From contig NC_081362.1 in assembly GCF_030684315.1 (NCBI RefSeq), forward strand, positions 10,596,589 to 10,660,588: a DNA stretch of 64,000 nucleotides. Direction: 5' to 3'. The DNA comes from Stegostoma tigrinum (lineage: Eukaryota). The translations under genes and the position numbers were made by a program. Below, piece by piece: positions 1 to 11,559 of the stretch; the first letter of the stretch is position 1, and each line of letters starts with the position of its first letter. Under the pieces are notes generated by a model, which was not told where the DNA came from, made no database searches, and saw only the letters and a program-made list of their open reading frames with translations.

Positions 1-605
1 GTCTAGAATGGCCTCTCCCCTCATCGGCCTGTCAACGTACTGCGTTAGGAAACCCTCCTGAACACACCTTACAAAAACAGCTCCATTCAAATCTTCTGCT
101 CGAAGGAGGTTCCAATCAATATTAGGAAAGTTAAAGTCACCCATTACAACAACCCTACTGCGTGCACACTTTTCCAAAATCTGTCGACCTATGCTTTCTT
201 CAATCTCCCTGCTGCTATTGGGGGGCCTGTAGTAAACCCCTAACGAGGTGACTGCTCCCTTGCTGTTCCTAATTTCCACCCATACTGACTCAGTAGGCAG
301 ATCTTCCTCGACAATGGAAGCTTCTGTAGCTGTGATACCCTCTCTGATTAGTAGTGCTACACCCCCTCCTCTTTTTCCCCCCTCCCTATTCTTTTTAAAT
401 GTTCTAAACCCTGGAACATCCAGCAACCATTCCTGCCCCTGAGAAACCCATGTCTCTGTTATGGCCACAACATCATAGCACCAGGTACTGATCCATGCTC
501 TGAGTTAATCACTTTTATTCCTGATACTCCTTGCGTTAAAGCAAACACACTTTAACCGATCCCTTGGTTCCTTCCCAGGAAAATCCTTCCCACTAGCTGG
601 TCTAC
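1..605 (-). mobile_element. CR1 LINE ORF2 fragment (APE endonuclease), runs off the window start
   Basis: Minus strand reads ..VQEGFLTQYVDRPMRGEAILD; colinear with the APE region of the CR1 copy at ~51690-52148. Confidence 0.85.
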
Positions 606-614
606 CTCTAATTT

Positions 615-850
615 TGTGATCTTTGTTGTGGAATACTTATTGGCCAGGACATCTCCCATGCACACCATTGAATTGTGCCTCTGAATGTTTAATTAAGCAA
701 GCAGACAGGTTCGTGGTTTTACCTCTCAGCTGAAAGATGTCATCGCTGAGAGTTTGATGCTCCCTCAGGACAGTACTGGAGAGTCATCCTTGAGTTTTCA
801 TGCTTGCAGTCTGAAGTAGGATTTGAACTCACAACTACTGGGACACAGCC
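615..850 (-). mobile_element. Old DeuSINE-like (SacSINE1-type) SINE fragment
   Basis: Degenerate Deu-domain motifs (tattggccaggaca..ctgaaagatg..ctccctcag.acagtactggagagtca) ending in a reverse-strand B-box-like ggatttgaactc. Confidence 0.55.
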
Positions 851-2156
851 CACCTTCCTTAAGGTGTGCCAACTTCATCCACAATTTGTCCGTTGGGTAG
901 CATCAAAATCACTGAGACCAGTTGCTACCTTCTTTTGCAAAGCTGTTCTTAAATCCCACACAGCTCATCCTCCAGCACTATGCTGTCACCAGATATCCAA
1001 CAGGGAGTCTGGGCTCTGTTGTGTTCCAATGAACACCGCCAAGTACCCGTTGCTACCTCCATATTTTCTCTGCCACATACTTCTTCACCCCAAAGGCAGC
1101 AGAAAATGTTAAGAGATCATTTGCTGGAAAGGTTGGAAAGGAATTTGTCCCCACATGCAGCTGCTTACACTTAACTTACCACATCCCTTTAATTTTCACA
1201 CAACCTTTGAAGGCTAATGATATGCCAGATCTGTCAATCCATTCCCTTGTTCTGTGCTCTCAGCTCCAAACTCAATTGAGACTGGGAGTTCACTCTCTGG
1301 ACTTCTTTGCAAATTCTTTTCTGCCTGCAAGACCTGCCCTTTAAAACAGTGCATGTGCTTCATCATCTTTAATCTCCTTTGTCCATCATTTTCATGTTCT
1401 TGAGGATATGAATAGCATTACTGCTTGGGGTAAATGTGTGCAAATGCAATTAACACAATATCTTCAACTCAGTAGATGTTCTAGATACAATAGCACAAGC
1501 TATGCACCTGAACCTGTGCCTGCATACATGAAAGAAAAAAAAGTCAACCATTACGTTTTTATGATCCAAATATCTTAAGAAGTCAGAGAGACTGTTAAAA
1601 GTTTTGCATTCTTTTGTCTTGCTCTTTCAATAACACAACAGATAATGATATCTTATTTCAGAAACCTCACAGTATTTTCAATTCAAAGGCAGGAAGTACA
1701 AGGGCACAACTGAAATGCTGTAATTACTGAGCATGAGATATGAACCACTGGGTTTGAAAATAAATTAGATAGATGAATTATCAGAGGAAGAGGTGGACTG
1801 ATAATCCACATTTATTACACTGATCCTGTGTGTTTATTTTACATTTTTCATGTCTTTTTAAGATGATAACTTATGATGAATTGCTTCCCTTTTCAGAGGA
1901 TAGTATTCTTGCATCAGGTTTCAATTTCTGTTTGATGCTCAGAGCTTTGTATTAATACATAGTCGACTGTACAGACACATAATAGTCACAAAATGAATAA
2001 TTAAATACTGCACAATTCATAATGACATTTTTATAGGAGGTTTGTTGACATATTTACCCTCAAGTTCACATTGCTGAGTATTAATTTACAGCTGCCTTTT
2101 ATTCTTTCCAAACTGCAAGAAGAATTCAAGGTTGTTTGCCAAGCAATGCAGCTAAG

Positions 2157-3475
2157 AGAGATAATGGGAACTGCAGATGCTGGAGAATCCGAGATAACAG
2201 CGTGGAACTGGATGAACACAGCAGGCCCAGCAGCATCTTAGGAGCACAAAAGCTGACATTTCGGGCCTAGACCTTTCATCAGAAAAGGGAGATGGGGAGA
2301 GGGTTCCGAAATAAATAGGGAGAGAGGGGGGAGGCGGATCGAAGGTGGATAGAGGAGAAGATAGGTGGAGAGGAGATAGACAAGTTAAAGGGGCGGGGAT
2401 GGAGCCTGTAGAGGTGAATATAGGTGGAAGGTTGGGAGGGGATAGGTCAGTCTGGGGAGGACGGACAGGTCAAGGGTGCGGGATAAGGTTGGGGGTAGCG
2501 AATGGAGGTGCGGCTTGAGGTGGGAGGAGGGGATAGGTCAAAGGAGGAACAGGTTAGGGAGGTGGGGACAAGCTGGGCTGGTTTTGGGAGGCAGTGGGGG
2601 GAGGGGAGATTTTCAAGCTTGTGAAATCCACATTGATACCATTGGGCTGCAGGGTTCCCAAGCAGAATATGAGTTGCTGTTCCTGCAACCTTCGGGTGGC
2701 ATCGTTGTGGCACTGCAGGAGGCCCAGGATAGACATGTCGTCTAAGGAATGGGAGGGGGAGTTGAAATGGTTCGCGACTGGAAGGTGCAGTTGTTTATTG
2801 CGAACCGAGCATAGGTGTTCTGCAAAGCAGTCCCCAAGCCTCCGCTTGGTTTCCCCGATGTAGAGGGAGCCACAATGGGTACAGCAGATGCAATATACCA
2901 CATTGGCAGATGTGCAGGTGAACATCTGCTTGATGTGGAAAGTCATCCTGGGGCCTGGGATGGGGGTGAGGGAGGAGGTGTGGGGGCAAGTGTAGCACTT
3001 CATGCGGTTCAGGGGATGTGCCGGGTGTGTTGGGGTTGGATGGGAGTGTGGAGCGGACAAGGGGGTCACAGAGAGAGTGTCTTTCTGTAAGGCAGACAAG
3101 GGTGGGGATGGAAAAATGTCTTAGATGGCGTAAGTGTCGGAGGATGATGCATTGTACGCGGAGGTTGGTGGGGCAGGATGTGAGGACAAGGGGGATTCTC
3201 TTTGGGCGGTTATTGCGGGGACGGGGTGTGAGGGATGAGTTACAGGAAATGCGGGAGACACGGTTGAGGGCGTTCTCGACCACTACGGGGAGGAAGTTGC
3301 GGTCCTTGAAGAACGAGGACATCTGGGTTGTGCAGGAGTGGAATGACTCATCCTGGGAGCCAATGCAGCAGAGGTGAAGGAATTGGGAATGGGGATGGAA
3401 TTTTTGCAGGAAAGTGGGTGGGAGGAGGTGTATTCCAGGTGGCTGTGGGAGTCAAAGGGCTTGAAATGGATATTG
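2157..3475 (-). mobile_element. Penelope-like element, 5'-truncated (RT C-terminus, Cys-rich linker, GIY-YIG endonuclease, 3' pLTR); probably Neptune-like
   Basis: ORF 2554-3099 contains KCYTCPH..TCTSANVVYCICCTHCGSLYIGETKRRLGDCFAEH..PVANHFN; upstream frameshifted FKPFDSHSHLEYTSSHP; terminal repeat 2157-2285 with a decayed hammerhead motif. Confidence 0.9.
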
Positions 3476-3855
3476 GTTGTTGCCTGAGTACTTAAATGAG
3501 TATAAATGCCAGTGATGGTTTTCCCTTCCAAATGGACACTGTTGCTCATGATTCTGTATCTGGAACTTAAGTGGTTAAAGTATGTCCCGAGTATACCTAT
3601 ATTTATCCTTCACATCCTTGTACATGAAGGTCGATTGAGACCAAGAGTTATAAAGTGTCTAGCCACATGTTTAGAAACTTCCAATAACAAGGTGAGATGA
3701 TTAAATTATTTAAAGCTGTATGTTCCTTTGGTCTGCATGCCAAATAATACAATTGCCCTTTGAGGGGATTCCCAGTTTACAAATGTCCGACTTACAAATG
3801 CTCATACTTAAGAAAGATATCTCATACAGGTGTGTAATTTTGAAGACCCAACATA

Positions 3856-4175
3856 GGGCGGCACGGTGGCTCAGTGGTTAGCACTGCAGCCTCACAGCGC
3901 CAGGGACACGGGTTCGATTCCAGCCTCGGGCGACTGTCTGTGTGGAGTTTGCACATGCTCCCCATGTCTGCGTGGGCTTCCTCCGGGTGCTCTGGTTTCC
4001 TCCCACAGTCCAAAGATGTGCAGACTAGGTGGATTGGCCATGTTAAATTGCCCGCAGTGTTCAGGGGTATGTGGGTTATATGGGGATGGGTTTGGGTGGG
4101 ATGCGTCAAGGGGCGGTGTTGACTTGTTGGGCCGAAGGGCCTGTTTCCGCACTGTAGGTAATCTAATCTAATCTA
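3856..4175 (+). mobile_element. tRNA-derived V-SINE (HE1-like), full length
   Basis: A box tggctcagtgg (3867), B box ggttcgattcc (3911), V-domain tgtgtggagtttgcac..ggtttcctcccacagtccaaagatgtgca, CR1-like tail ending (aatct)n. Confidence 0.9.
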
Positions 4176-4272
4176 AAGACGAACGTTTCCCACGCTTGTA
4201 AATGGCTGCTTTATTGTCCTGCATTGTGTTCTGGGGACTGATTGTACCTTGCAATAGGTTACAGTGCATGAG

Positions 4273-4375
4273 TTCCGAAGAAGGATCACTGGAACTTAAT
4301 TGTTAACTCTGCTTTCTCTCCACAGATGCTGCCAGACCTACTGAGTTTTTCCCAGCAATTTCTGTTTTTATTTGC
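4273..4375 (+). mobile_element. PLE pLTR fragment, family B
   Basis: gaagaaggatcac..ttaactctg..cacagatgctgccagacc..ccagcaatttctgttttt matches the family B copies at 38922-39057 and 60838-60935. Confidence 0.7.
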
Positions 4376-4766
4376 TGCGATACATTTATTTGATCACATT
4401 GTGGAATGTAGTGACATTTAATAAATATTACATACAAACAAATAATTCACAACCTGTTCCCATAATTTGGAGCTTTAGGTAACAACTATATGGCATGAAT
4501 ACTAGACAGAAAGTAAAAATGCACAGAGAATATTTTTAAGCTTGATTTGGGCAAACATTCTCTTAAAATAGGAGCTATGGAACTTATTGCTTCAGAGATC
4601 AAGCACAATTTTTTTCATAGTGAATGCATAACATCAAACGTTACAGAATGATCTGTCATGCTGTGCCATATTAGTTCTGTTATTATTCAGAAGAATCAAG
4701 AGTTTAGTTCAGAAGGTAGAATAGTTTCTGCCAGCAAGGGAACAGCGTTTTTCTTCCAGTTCACTT

Positions 4767-5075
4767 TAGATAAGATTCCCTACCGTGTGGAAACAGGTCC
4801 TTCGGCCCAACAAATCCACACTGCCCCTTGGGGAGCATCCCACCCGGATCTATCCCCCTACAACCCTGAACACTACAGGCAATTTTGCATGGCCGATCCA
4901 CCTAGCCTGCACATCTTTGGACTATGGGACAAAACCGGAGCACCCAGAGAAAACCCACGCAGACACGGGGAGAATGTGCAAATTCCACACAGACAGTTGC
5001 CCGAGGCTGGAATCGAACCCAGGTCCCTGGCACTGTGAGGCTGCAGTACTAACCACTGAGCCACTGTGCCGCCCC
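4767..5075 (-). mobile_element. V-SINE (HE1-like), full length
   Basis: Reverse-complement match to 3856-4175. Confidence 0.9.
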
Positions 5076-5183
5076 GAACGGTTAGGGGAACAGTCACCTC
5101 AGCAGAAGTGTTTTCTCATCTGTGGAGAACTTGTAAAGAAATCTTCAAGTTGCTAGAACTGAGAATGTTTAGGCTATTAGATT

Positions 5184-6698
5184 TGTGAAAGGTTCGTGCC
5201 AGTCAACTTGTAAAGGAACTGCAATATCACCTCTGCAATCTGTAGGAGTGAGCAAAAATCCCTGTCATTTAGAATACTGGACTAAAACCCCTGGATTTTT
5301 AACAGAACTTTTAAAACAAAAAGAAAAGCAGCTGGGCAATGCTCTGGAAAGCACAATCACGGGGCTGGCTGTCTGGAACCATGCTTCAGTTAGAAATCTT
5401 ATTCATGCCTTCGCCCCAAAAGAACAATGAATCAGACCTAAGGTAACAACTTCAGACATCTTGGAGATACTAGGAACTGCTGCTGCTGGAGAATCTGAGA
5501 TAACAAGGTGTGGAGCTGGATGAACACGGCAGGCCAGGCAGCATCAGAGGAGCAGGAAAGCTGACGTTTCGGAAGAAGGGTCCAGACCTGAAACGTCAGC
5601 TTTCCTGCTCCTCTGATGCTGCCTGGCCTGCTGTGTTCATCCAGCTCCACACTGTTACCTCAGACATCTTGGACTCTTCACAGGTACCAACACATTCAAC
5701 TTTAATTAATATTCATTCACAGAAATACCGGACATCCCACTTAACCAAAACACATTTATACCTACTCTAAACTATCAGGAGGCCAATTCAGCACAAAGGG
5801 AACAACAGAAACACAACGGTTAAGACAGATTTGTGAGATGATATGGAGCACACAGTCTGTATAACTGCTGGCCCTGATCTGGGAGAGAGAGAATGAGAGA
5901 GAAAGGGCCATCCGGTCAGCTACCAACTGAAGAGGGATTCCAGCCAGCTACTTTTCCCAAGAACTGTCTGTACAGCTATCCCCCTGAAACCTACCAAAAC
6001 AGGGCTGTTCTGTACCAGGGGAACCAACGGCAACGAACCACAACAAGCAGATCTGACGACCGATGACCTCCAAAAGCCACTGACATGACTGACAAGGCCT
6101 CAGACACAGCCTGAGGTGAAAACCAGCTCAAAAGAACACACCACAAAGTAAGAAAACCCAAGTTGTCTCACCAGACTGAACATCATCCAAAGTCTTCAAT
6201 GAAGCACTGGCTACAGCAAGTGGAAACAGGTAGCTGTAGTTCACAATCATGTTAATTCCCAGTGGTGAGCCTACTTCCTCAAGACCCAAAAGTATCCAAC
6301 CGAGCTAGCAGAGAGGGAAAGGTGGGTTGGTGACAGTGCAGGGAACCCCCGAGATGTCTGTGTTTGAAACTATTGTTTATCTCTAATAGTAATTAGCCTG
6401 TGTTAAGTTAATAACTGAACATGTCAGTTTCACTATTCTGAATTTGTCTTTGTAACTCTTGTATTTTTATTCATCTTTGTTTTATTTCCCTGTTTGTTAC
6501 TTTTGTCTTTTTTTATTTCTGGTGATGTACTCACCTTTACATTTAATAAACGCAGAGATTCTTTGTCCTGAAACACCTGCCCACTGCCTTCTTAGTTCAC
6601 ATTCTTTAATTGAGTCCAGTGTCAGAAACAGAGATCTGTGGGTGATTCGAACCACCTAAAAATCAGTAGATTACTGATTGCAAACCAGATTCCCTACA
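5184..6698 (+). mobile_element. Possible solo LTR, interrupted by a PLE foldback
   Basis: TG..CA ends (tgtgaaagg..ccctaca), TATA-like tataac ~5860, T-rich tract and AATAAA ~6545; TSD not convincing. Confidence 0.4.
5466..5659. mobile_element. Foldback PLE pLTR insertion, family A
   Basis: Inverted ~90 bp arms; exact 14-bp TSD tcagacatcttgga at 5452-5465 and 5660-5673. Confidence 0.9.
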
Positions 6699-6869
6699 AA
6701 TCCAAGGAAAATAAGCTGCAAAAAGTTAATGAGGTGGAAATTTAAAAAGTTAAATTTGGAGTATAGTTTCTCTGAACATGAGTCTCCGTAACAAATTATG
6801 TTGGAAAACAGGCTGAAATTTTGTTTTGCTATTTATTAATATCTCTTTAAACAGTCTTCTATATTGCTT

Positions 6870-6956
6870 AGAAGGGTCTAGACCCAAAACGTCAGCTTTC
6901 CTGCTCCTCTGAAGCTGCTGGCCTGCTATGTTCATCCAGCTCTACATCTTGTTATC
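6870..6956 (+). mobile_element. Solo PLE pLTR fragment, family A, no tail
   Basis: gaagggtctagacccaaaacgtcagc..ttcatccagctctacatcttgttat. Confidence 0.8.
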
Positions 6957-7143
6957 TTCTGTATCACTTGCCTTGTCTTTTTCCTTCTTTGCACAACAGA
7001 CATACGTTAACAAGGTGGCTTGAGGGTTTTCCACCTCATTGGGATGGAGGGGGAAGAGTGTGTATTGTGTTATGATCCCAGCTGATAAGTCAGATCCCAG
7101 AACGAAACGTGGCTCAATAGATCCTTCTTTTATTAGTTGTCTC

Positions 7144-7590
7144 AGTTAGTTAGTGAAACTTGTTCACATGAGGTGGAAAATGCCCTTTACCGATAGAGTA
7201 TATGTTTATTGCAGAGAAGAGAAAGAAAAAGTTAGTTAGTTAGTGAAACTTGTTCACATGAGGTGGAAAATGCCCTTTACCAATAGAGTATATGTTTATT
7301 GCAGAGAAGAGAAAGAAAAAGTTAGTTAGTTAGTGAAACTTGTTCACATGAGGTGGAAAATGCCCTTTACCAATAGAGTATATGTTTATTGCAGAGAAGA
7401 GAAAGAAAAAGTTAGTTAGTTAGTGAAACTTGTTCACATGAGGTGGAAAATGCCCTTTACTAATAGAGTATATGTTTATTGCAGAGAAGAGAAAGAAAAA
7501 GTTAGTTAGTTAGTGAAACTTGTTCACATGAGGTGGAAAATGCCCTTTACCAATAGAGTATATGTTTATTGCAGAGAAGAGAAAGAAAAA
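7144..7590. repeat. Tandem array, 5 x 90 bp
   Basis: Unit gttagttagttagtgaaacttgttcacatgagg..gagaaagaaaaa; apart from the start of copy 1, copies differ only at unit positions 51-52 (cg, ca, ca, ta, ca). Confidence 0.97.
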
Positions 7591-8717
7591 GCAAACCAGG
7601 CAATAATTATTTATTATGATGAACAAAGCCCATAGTCGTTGTCCTCTTGTTGCGCCATTCCCCGCTGCCTATCATTTTCTCCCGTGTTAGGGCAAAAGTT
7701 CATGGACATTCTTCATCTCTGCAAGTTTAAATTGCTACTTTTCCACACGTCCACCTAAACAAGCAACATCTGCAAGCTACTTCATAGAAGGTTTTTCGGC
7801 TAAGTCAGATTCTCATCTTCACACAAGCACTTTTGTGAAAGGTTTTTGGATAGTTATCAGGCACTTCTGCCAATTACCCTTCTGTAGTCTCTGTGATTCG
7901 TAGCCACATTACAGCTGAACACCTGACAAGCCTAAATTATGCCACAATGAGAGTCAAAAATGGAAACGAGAGCATCTGATTTTATTTGGACCAATTTGCA
8001 TCAGGAGCAAGGCTTTTAATTACAGGGAATATAATGATGTACTACAGAAAGTAGCTCAAAAGGTCTAATTCCTGACTGCACCTGTGAGAGAAAAATTTTG
8101 CCATTTCTTTATTTAACAAATGTCCTTTGGTCTCCAGCCTGATATCTGCTAGTGCATGTATGCAATTATGTTAATTTTCTGAAACACTGTTACGGCATTT
8201 CCAAATACCACAAATGCATTTAACCTAATTTTTAAAAAGCCCTGATAACAGTTGAGGTCAGCTTGCTCCCTAATTTGTTTTGGTACATGCTGTGTTTATT
8301 TTGTTATCTATTAGGTGAATAACAAAATACTGTGTTAAAACAAATTGAAAGATGTATGTGCTGTTAACAACTTTGAAAATCTGAGAGGCTGTGATTTCAG
8401 GTTCCTGCTGCTTCAAATTGGCTTCCTTGTTGAGAGTGCTCTCCGAGAGTACAAGGCAGTTTTGCATATGTCTTGCACAGATTATTACATTCAGCCACAA
8501 CAGAGAATCTCTGGACGACGTGGAAAGTCTGACTTGCCAGAGCTAGATATCAAACCCCCAATGATGGAGCTTGATAAAACTATTGTCTCCCAGGATCATT
8601 AGGCTGTAGGTACCTAATGTGTCCTTTAAGGTCTGATCAAAATGATTACAGGAAGGCACATGCACTGTGGCATAATGAACATGTACTTGTTTAATCTACT
8701 TCATTTATATATAGGCT

Positions 8718-9079
8718 TCTTTTTAATCCATTTACAGGATGTTGGCACCACTGGCTAGGCCAGCATTTATTGCCCATCCCTAAATGCCCAGAGGGAAGTT
8801 AAGAGTCAACCACGTTGCTGTGAATTTGGAGTCATGCGTAGTCTGGACCAGGTGAGGATGGCAGTTTCCTTCCCTAAAGGGCATTAATGAACAAGATGGG
8901 TTTTTCCAACAATTGGCAGTGGATTCAAGGTCATCATTAGACTCTTAATTCCATATTTTTTAACTGAATTCAAATTCCACTATCTGCCATGGCAGGATTC
9001 AAACTCAGGTCTCCAAAACATTACCTGGGTCTCTGGACTAACAATTCAGTGATAATACCACTAGGCCATCGCCTACTCC
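8718..9079 (-). mobile_element. tRNA-derived SINE, second family (SINE-B)
   Basis: Minus strand begins ..ggcgatggcctagtgg (A box), B-box-like gagtttgaatcc, tail ..gggatgggcaataaatgctggcctagccag; matches 56176-56529 and 38320-38667. Confidence 0.85.
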
Positions 9080-9689
9080 TGTTTACAAACTAATGAGTAA
9101 ATCTTTTGTCTTAAATCCCATAATATACATGTATATAAGCTCAATAAGTTATGCGGTCTCAATTAGCACATTTATTAGCAATGAACGTATAATAACAATG
9201 AATCTCACTGCCTTCTGCCCATTGGGTCCCCATGCATTGGCTCATCTGGAGACCTCAGGGGTCCTGGCATCAATCATAATCCTAGTCTGAAGTGAAGACC
9301 AACAAGTGTGACAGAGTCCCTGATAACGAATACTATTCTGGTTACAAGCTGTATCGTCACTTCGTAGGACTTTCAGTACTTTTCCAGATGTTCCATTGTG
9401 CTGACAATAAATTGAAAACATGTGAAACAGGTGGCCCTGTGTCAACTACATCAAAAAGTGGCTCCCATTGACAATCCAGATTATGCAGTTAGCCAACATA
9501 AACTGTTTTTGCACCGGGCCAGTAATCTTCTACTTGTCTCCAATTGCTAATTGTCATGTCCAATTAACCCTTAATGATTAACCCTTAATGATCTGGTTTG
9601 AAGACATATTCTATGCTTACCATGACACTCATTTGATAAGGTTGACGCAGTCACCATGCGCCAGGATAGACAAATGGCAAACACAGCCC

Positions 9690-11240
9690 TGGTGACCCTG
9701 CAAAATCATCCTGATTAACATTCAGGGGGATCAGTGCCAAAATTGGGAGAGCTGTCTCACAAAGTCAAGGAACAGCCTCATACAGTTATAGTCCTTGTAA
9801 TATGCCTTACACATTATGTCCTAGTCGCCACTATCACCATCCCTGGGTATGTGCAGTCCCAGCAGCAGAACAGACACAGCAGAGGTGCTGGAATAGACCT
9901 CATAGCATCAGGTCACATGCAGGCAAGGAAAGGCCCTGCTGGTTATCATGTTACATTCCCACCATCATTACCACCTTCCCGCATTCTCCCAACTAATGAA
10001 GCAGTGCTCTTCCATGTTGGAAACCACTTGAAAGAAGGACTGACGATGGCAAGAGTGCAGAATGTACTCTGGGTTGGGGACTTCAAGGTCTATCACCAAG
10101 AGTAGCTCACTACTGACCAAGCTGGTCGAATCCCAACAGATATAGAACATTGAACATAGAACATAGAACAAAGAACAGTACAGCACAGCACAGGCCCTTC
10201 AGCCCACAGTGTTGTGCCAAACTTTTACCCTAATCCTAAAGTCTATCTAACCTCCACCCCTACCTTATACTATCAGGTATATGGCTGCTAAACTGCATCT
10301 GCAGCTACAGGAGAGGAGAAAGAACCTACAAGAGGGAAAAAGAATACTTGGTCTCTTCATTAACAAGTGCCTGCTGCAGATGCATTTTTCAATGGCAGCC
10401 ACTCAGTTCTTATGGAGATAACGTTCTGTTATCACATGGTTAATTTGGACAATCACCATGCGAATAGATTATGCTGGTATAGATTTCAAGACTGGGCATC
10501 TATGTGGGCCATCAGCAGTGGCAGAATTGTACTCCACCACAATCTACAACCTCACGGACTGGCATATTCCCTCACTCTACCATTGCCATCAAGCCAGCGA
10601 ATTGACCCTGATACAATGAAAGCAGGAGCAGCACCAGGCACACCCAAAAGCTAGATCTTAACCCAGTTAACATACAGTATAGGGCTTCTTGCATGTGAAA
10701 TAGTGTAAGCAGCAAAAAAAGAGAGCCAAACAATTTCACAACCAATCGATCAGATCTAAACTCTGCAGTTCTATGTATCTTGTTGTGAATGGTGATGCAC
10801 TATTAAAGAACACACTGGGGGAGGAGGAGGCGTGACAAAAATCCCCATCCTCAATGACTGGACTCCAGCACATCAGTTGAAAAAATAAAGCTGAAGCATT
10901 TGCAACAATCTTCAGCCAGAAGTGCCAAGTGGATGATCCACCTCAGCTTCCTCCAGTGGTCCCAAGCATCCAGATGCCAGTCTTCAGGCCATTTGATTAA
11001 CTGCACGTGATGTCAAGAAATGGTTGAAGGCACAGATACTCCAAATCCTGACAATATCCCAACAATAGTACTGAAGAATTGTGTTACATTACCTGCTATG
11101 CCCCTAGCCAAGTTGTACAAGTCAGCATCAACACTGGCAATGTCGAACATTTTCCAGCTTGATAAGCAGGACATGTCCACCTGGCCAATTACTGCCCCAT
11201 ATCAATCATCAGTAAAGTGTCAGAAGAGGTCATCAACAGA
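9690..11240 (+). mobile_element. Decayed CR1/L2-group LINE ORF2 (APE to start of RT), with a CR1 3'-end insert at ~10140-10275
   Basis: Translation PKLGELSHKVKEQPHTVIV..IPGYV..NVLWVGDFKV; later KAEAFATIFSQKC and PDNIPTIVLKNC..PLAKL. Confidence 0.75.
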
Positions 11241-11518
11241 TGTGGAGAGGTTGCTTGTTCATGTGGGAAAGTCTAAGATGGGAGGGCATAAATTCAGAGT
11301 AAGGGGTCATTCATTTAAGACAGAGATCAGGGCGAATTTCTTGACCATTAGGGCTGCAGAGCCTAGATCATTAAATATATTAAATGGCAGGACAGGCAGA
11401 TTTCTAACAACAAAGTAATCAAGGGTTACGGGGGAAATGCAGGAAAGTTCAGTTGTGGATCAACCATGATCTCACTGAATGGACCAATTGGCCTACCTCT
11501 GCTCTCATGTGTATGGCT
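11240..11518 (+). mobile_element. CR1 3' end fragment
   Basis: GKSKMGGHKFRVRGHSFKTEIR.NF followed by a CR1-type 3' UTR. Confidence 0.75.
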
Positions 11519-11559
11519 TGTGCGCAGAGTTAGAACAATTTAACGTTCCGGGGGAAACT

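Noticed and set aside
3856-3930. tRNA gene
   Set aside because: A and B boxes belong to a SINE head that continues into the V-domain and LINE-like tail; multiple decayed copies are present
3822-5156. Recurrent ORFs MAQWLALQPHSARD.. and ..LHIFGLWEET.. as a gene family
   Set aside because: Chance translations of V-SINE copies (also at 29774-30191 and 33188-33516)
5466-5659. Short palindromes as DNA-transposon MITEs or miRNA hairpins
   Set aside because: Arms are asymmetric, TSD lengths vary from 11 to 15 bp, and the sequence is the 3' end of the GIY-YIG retroelement at 2157-3475
7144-7590. CRISPR-like array
   Set aside because: Units are contiguous near-identical 90-mers with no unique spacers, no cas genes and a eukaryotic context
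8345-8602. Possible host exon (85-aa ORF)
   Set aside because: No recognisable domain and no consistent partner exons or splice pattern
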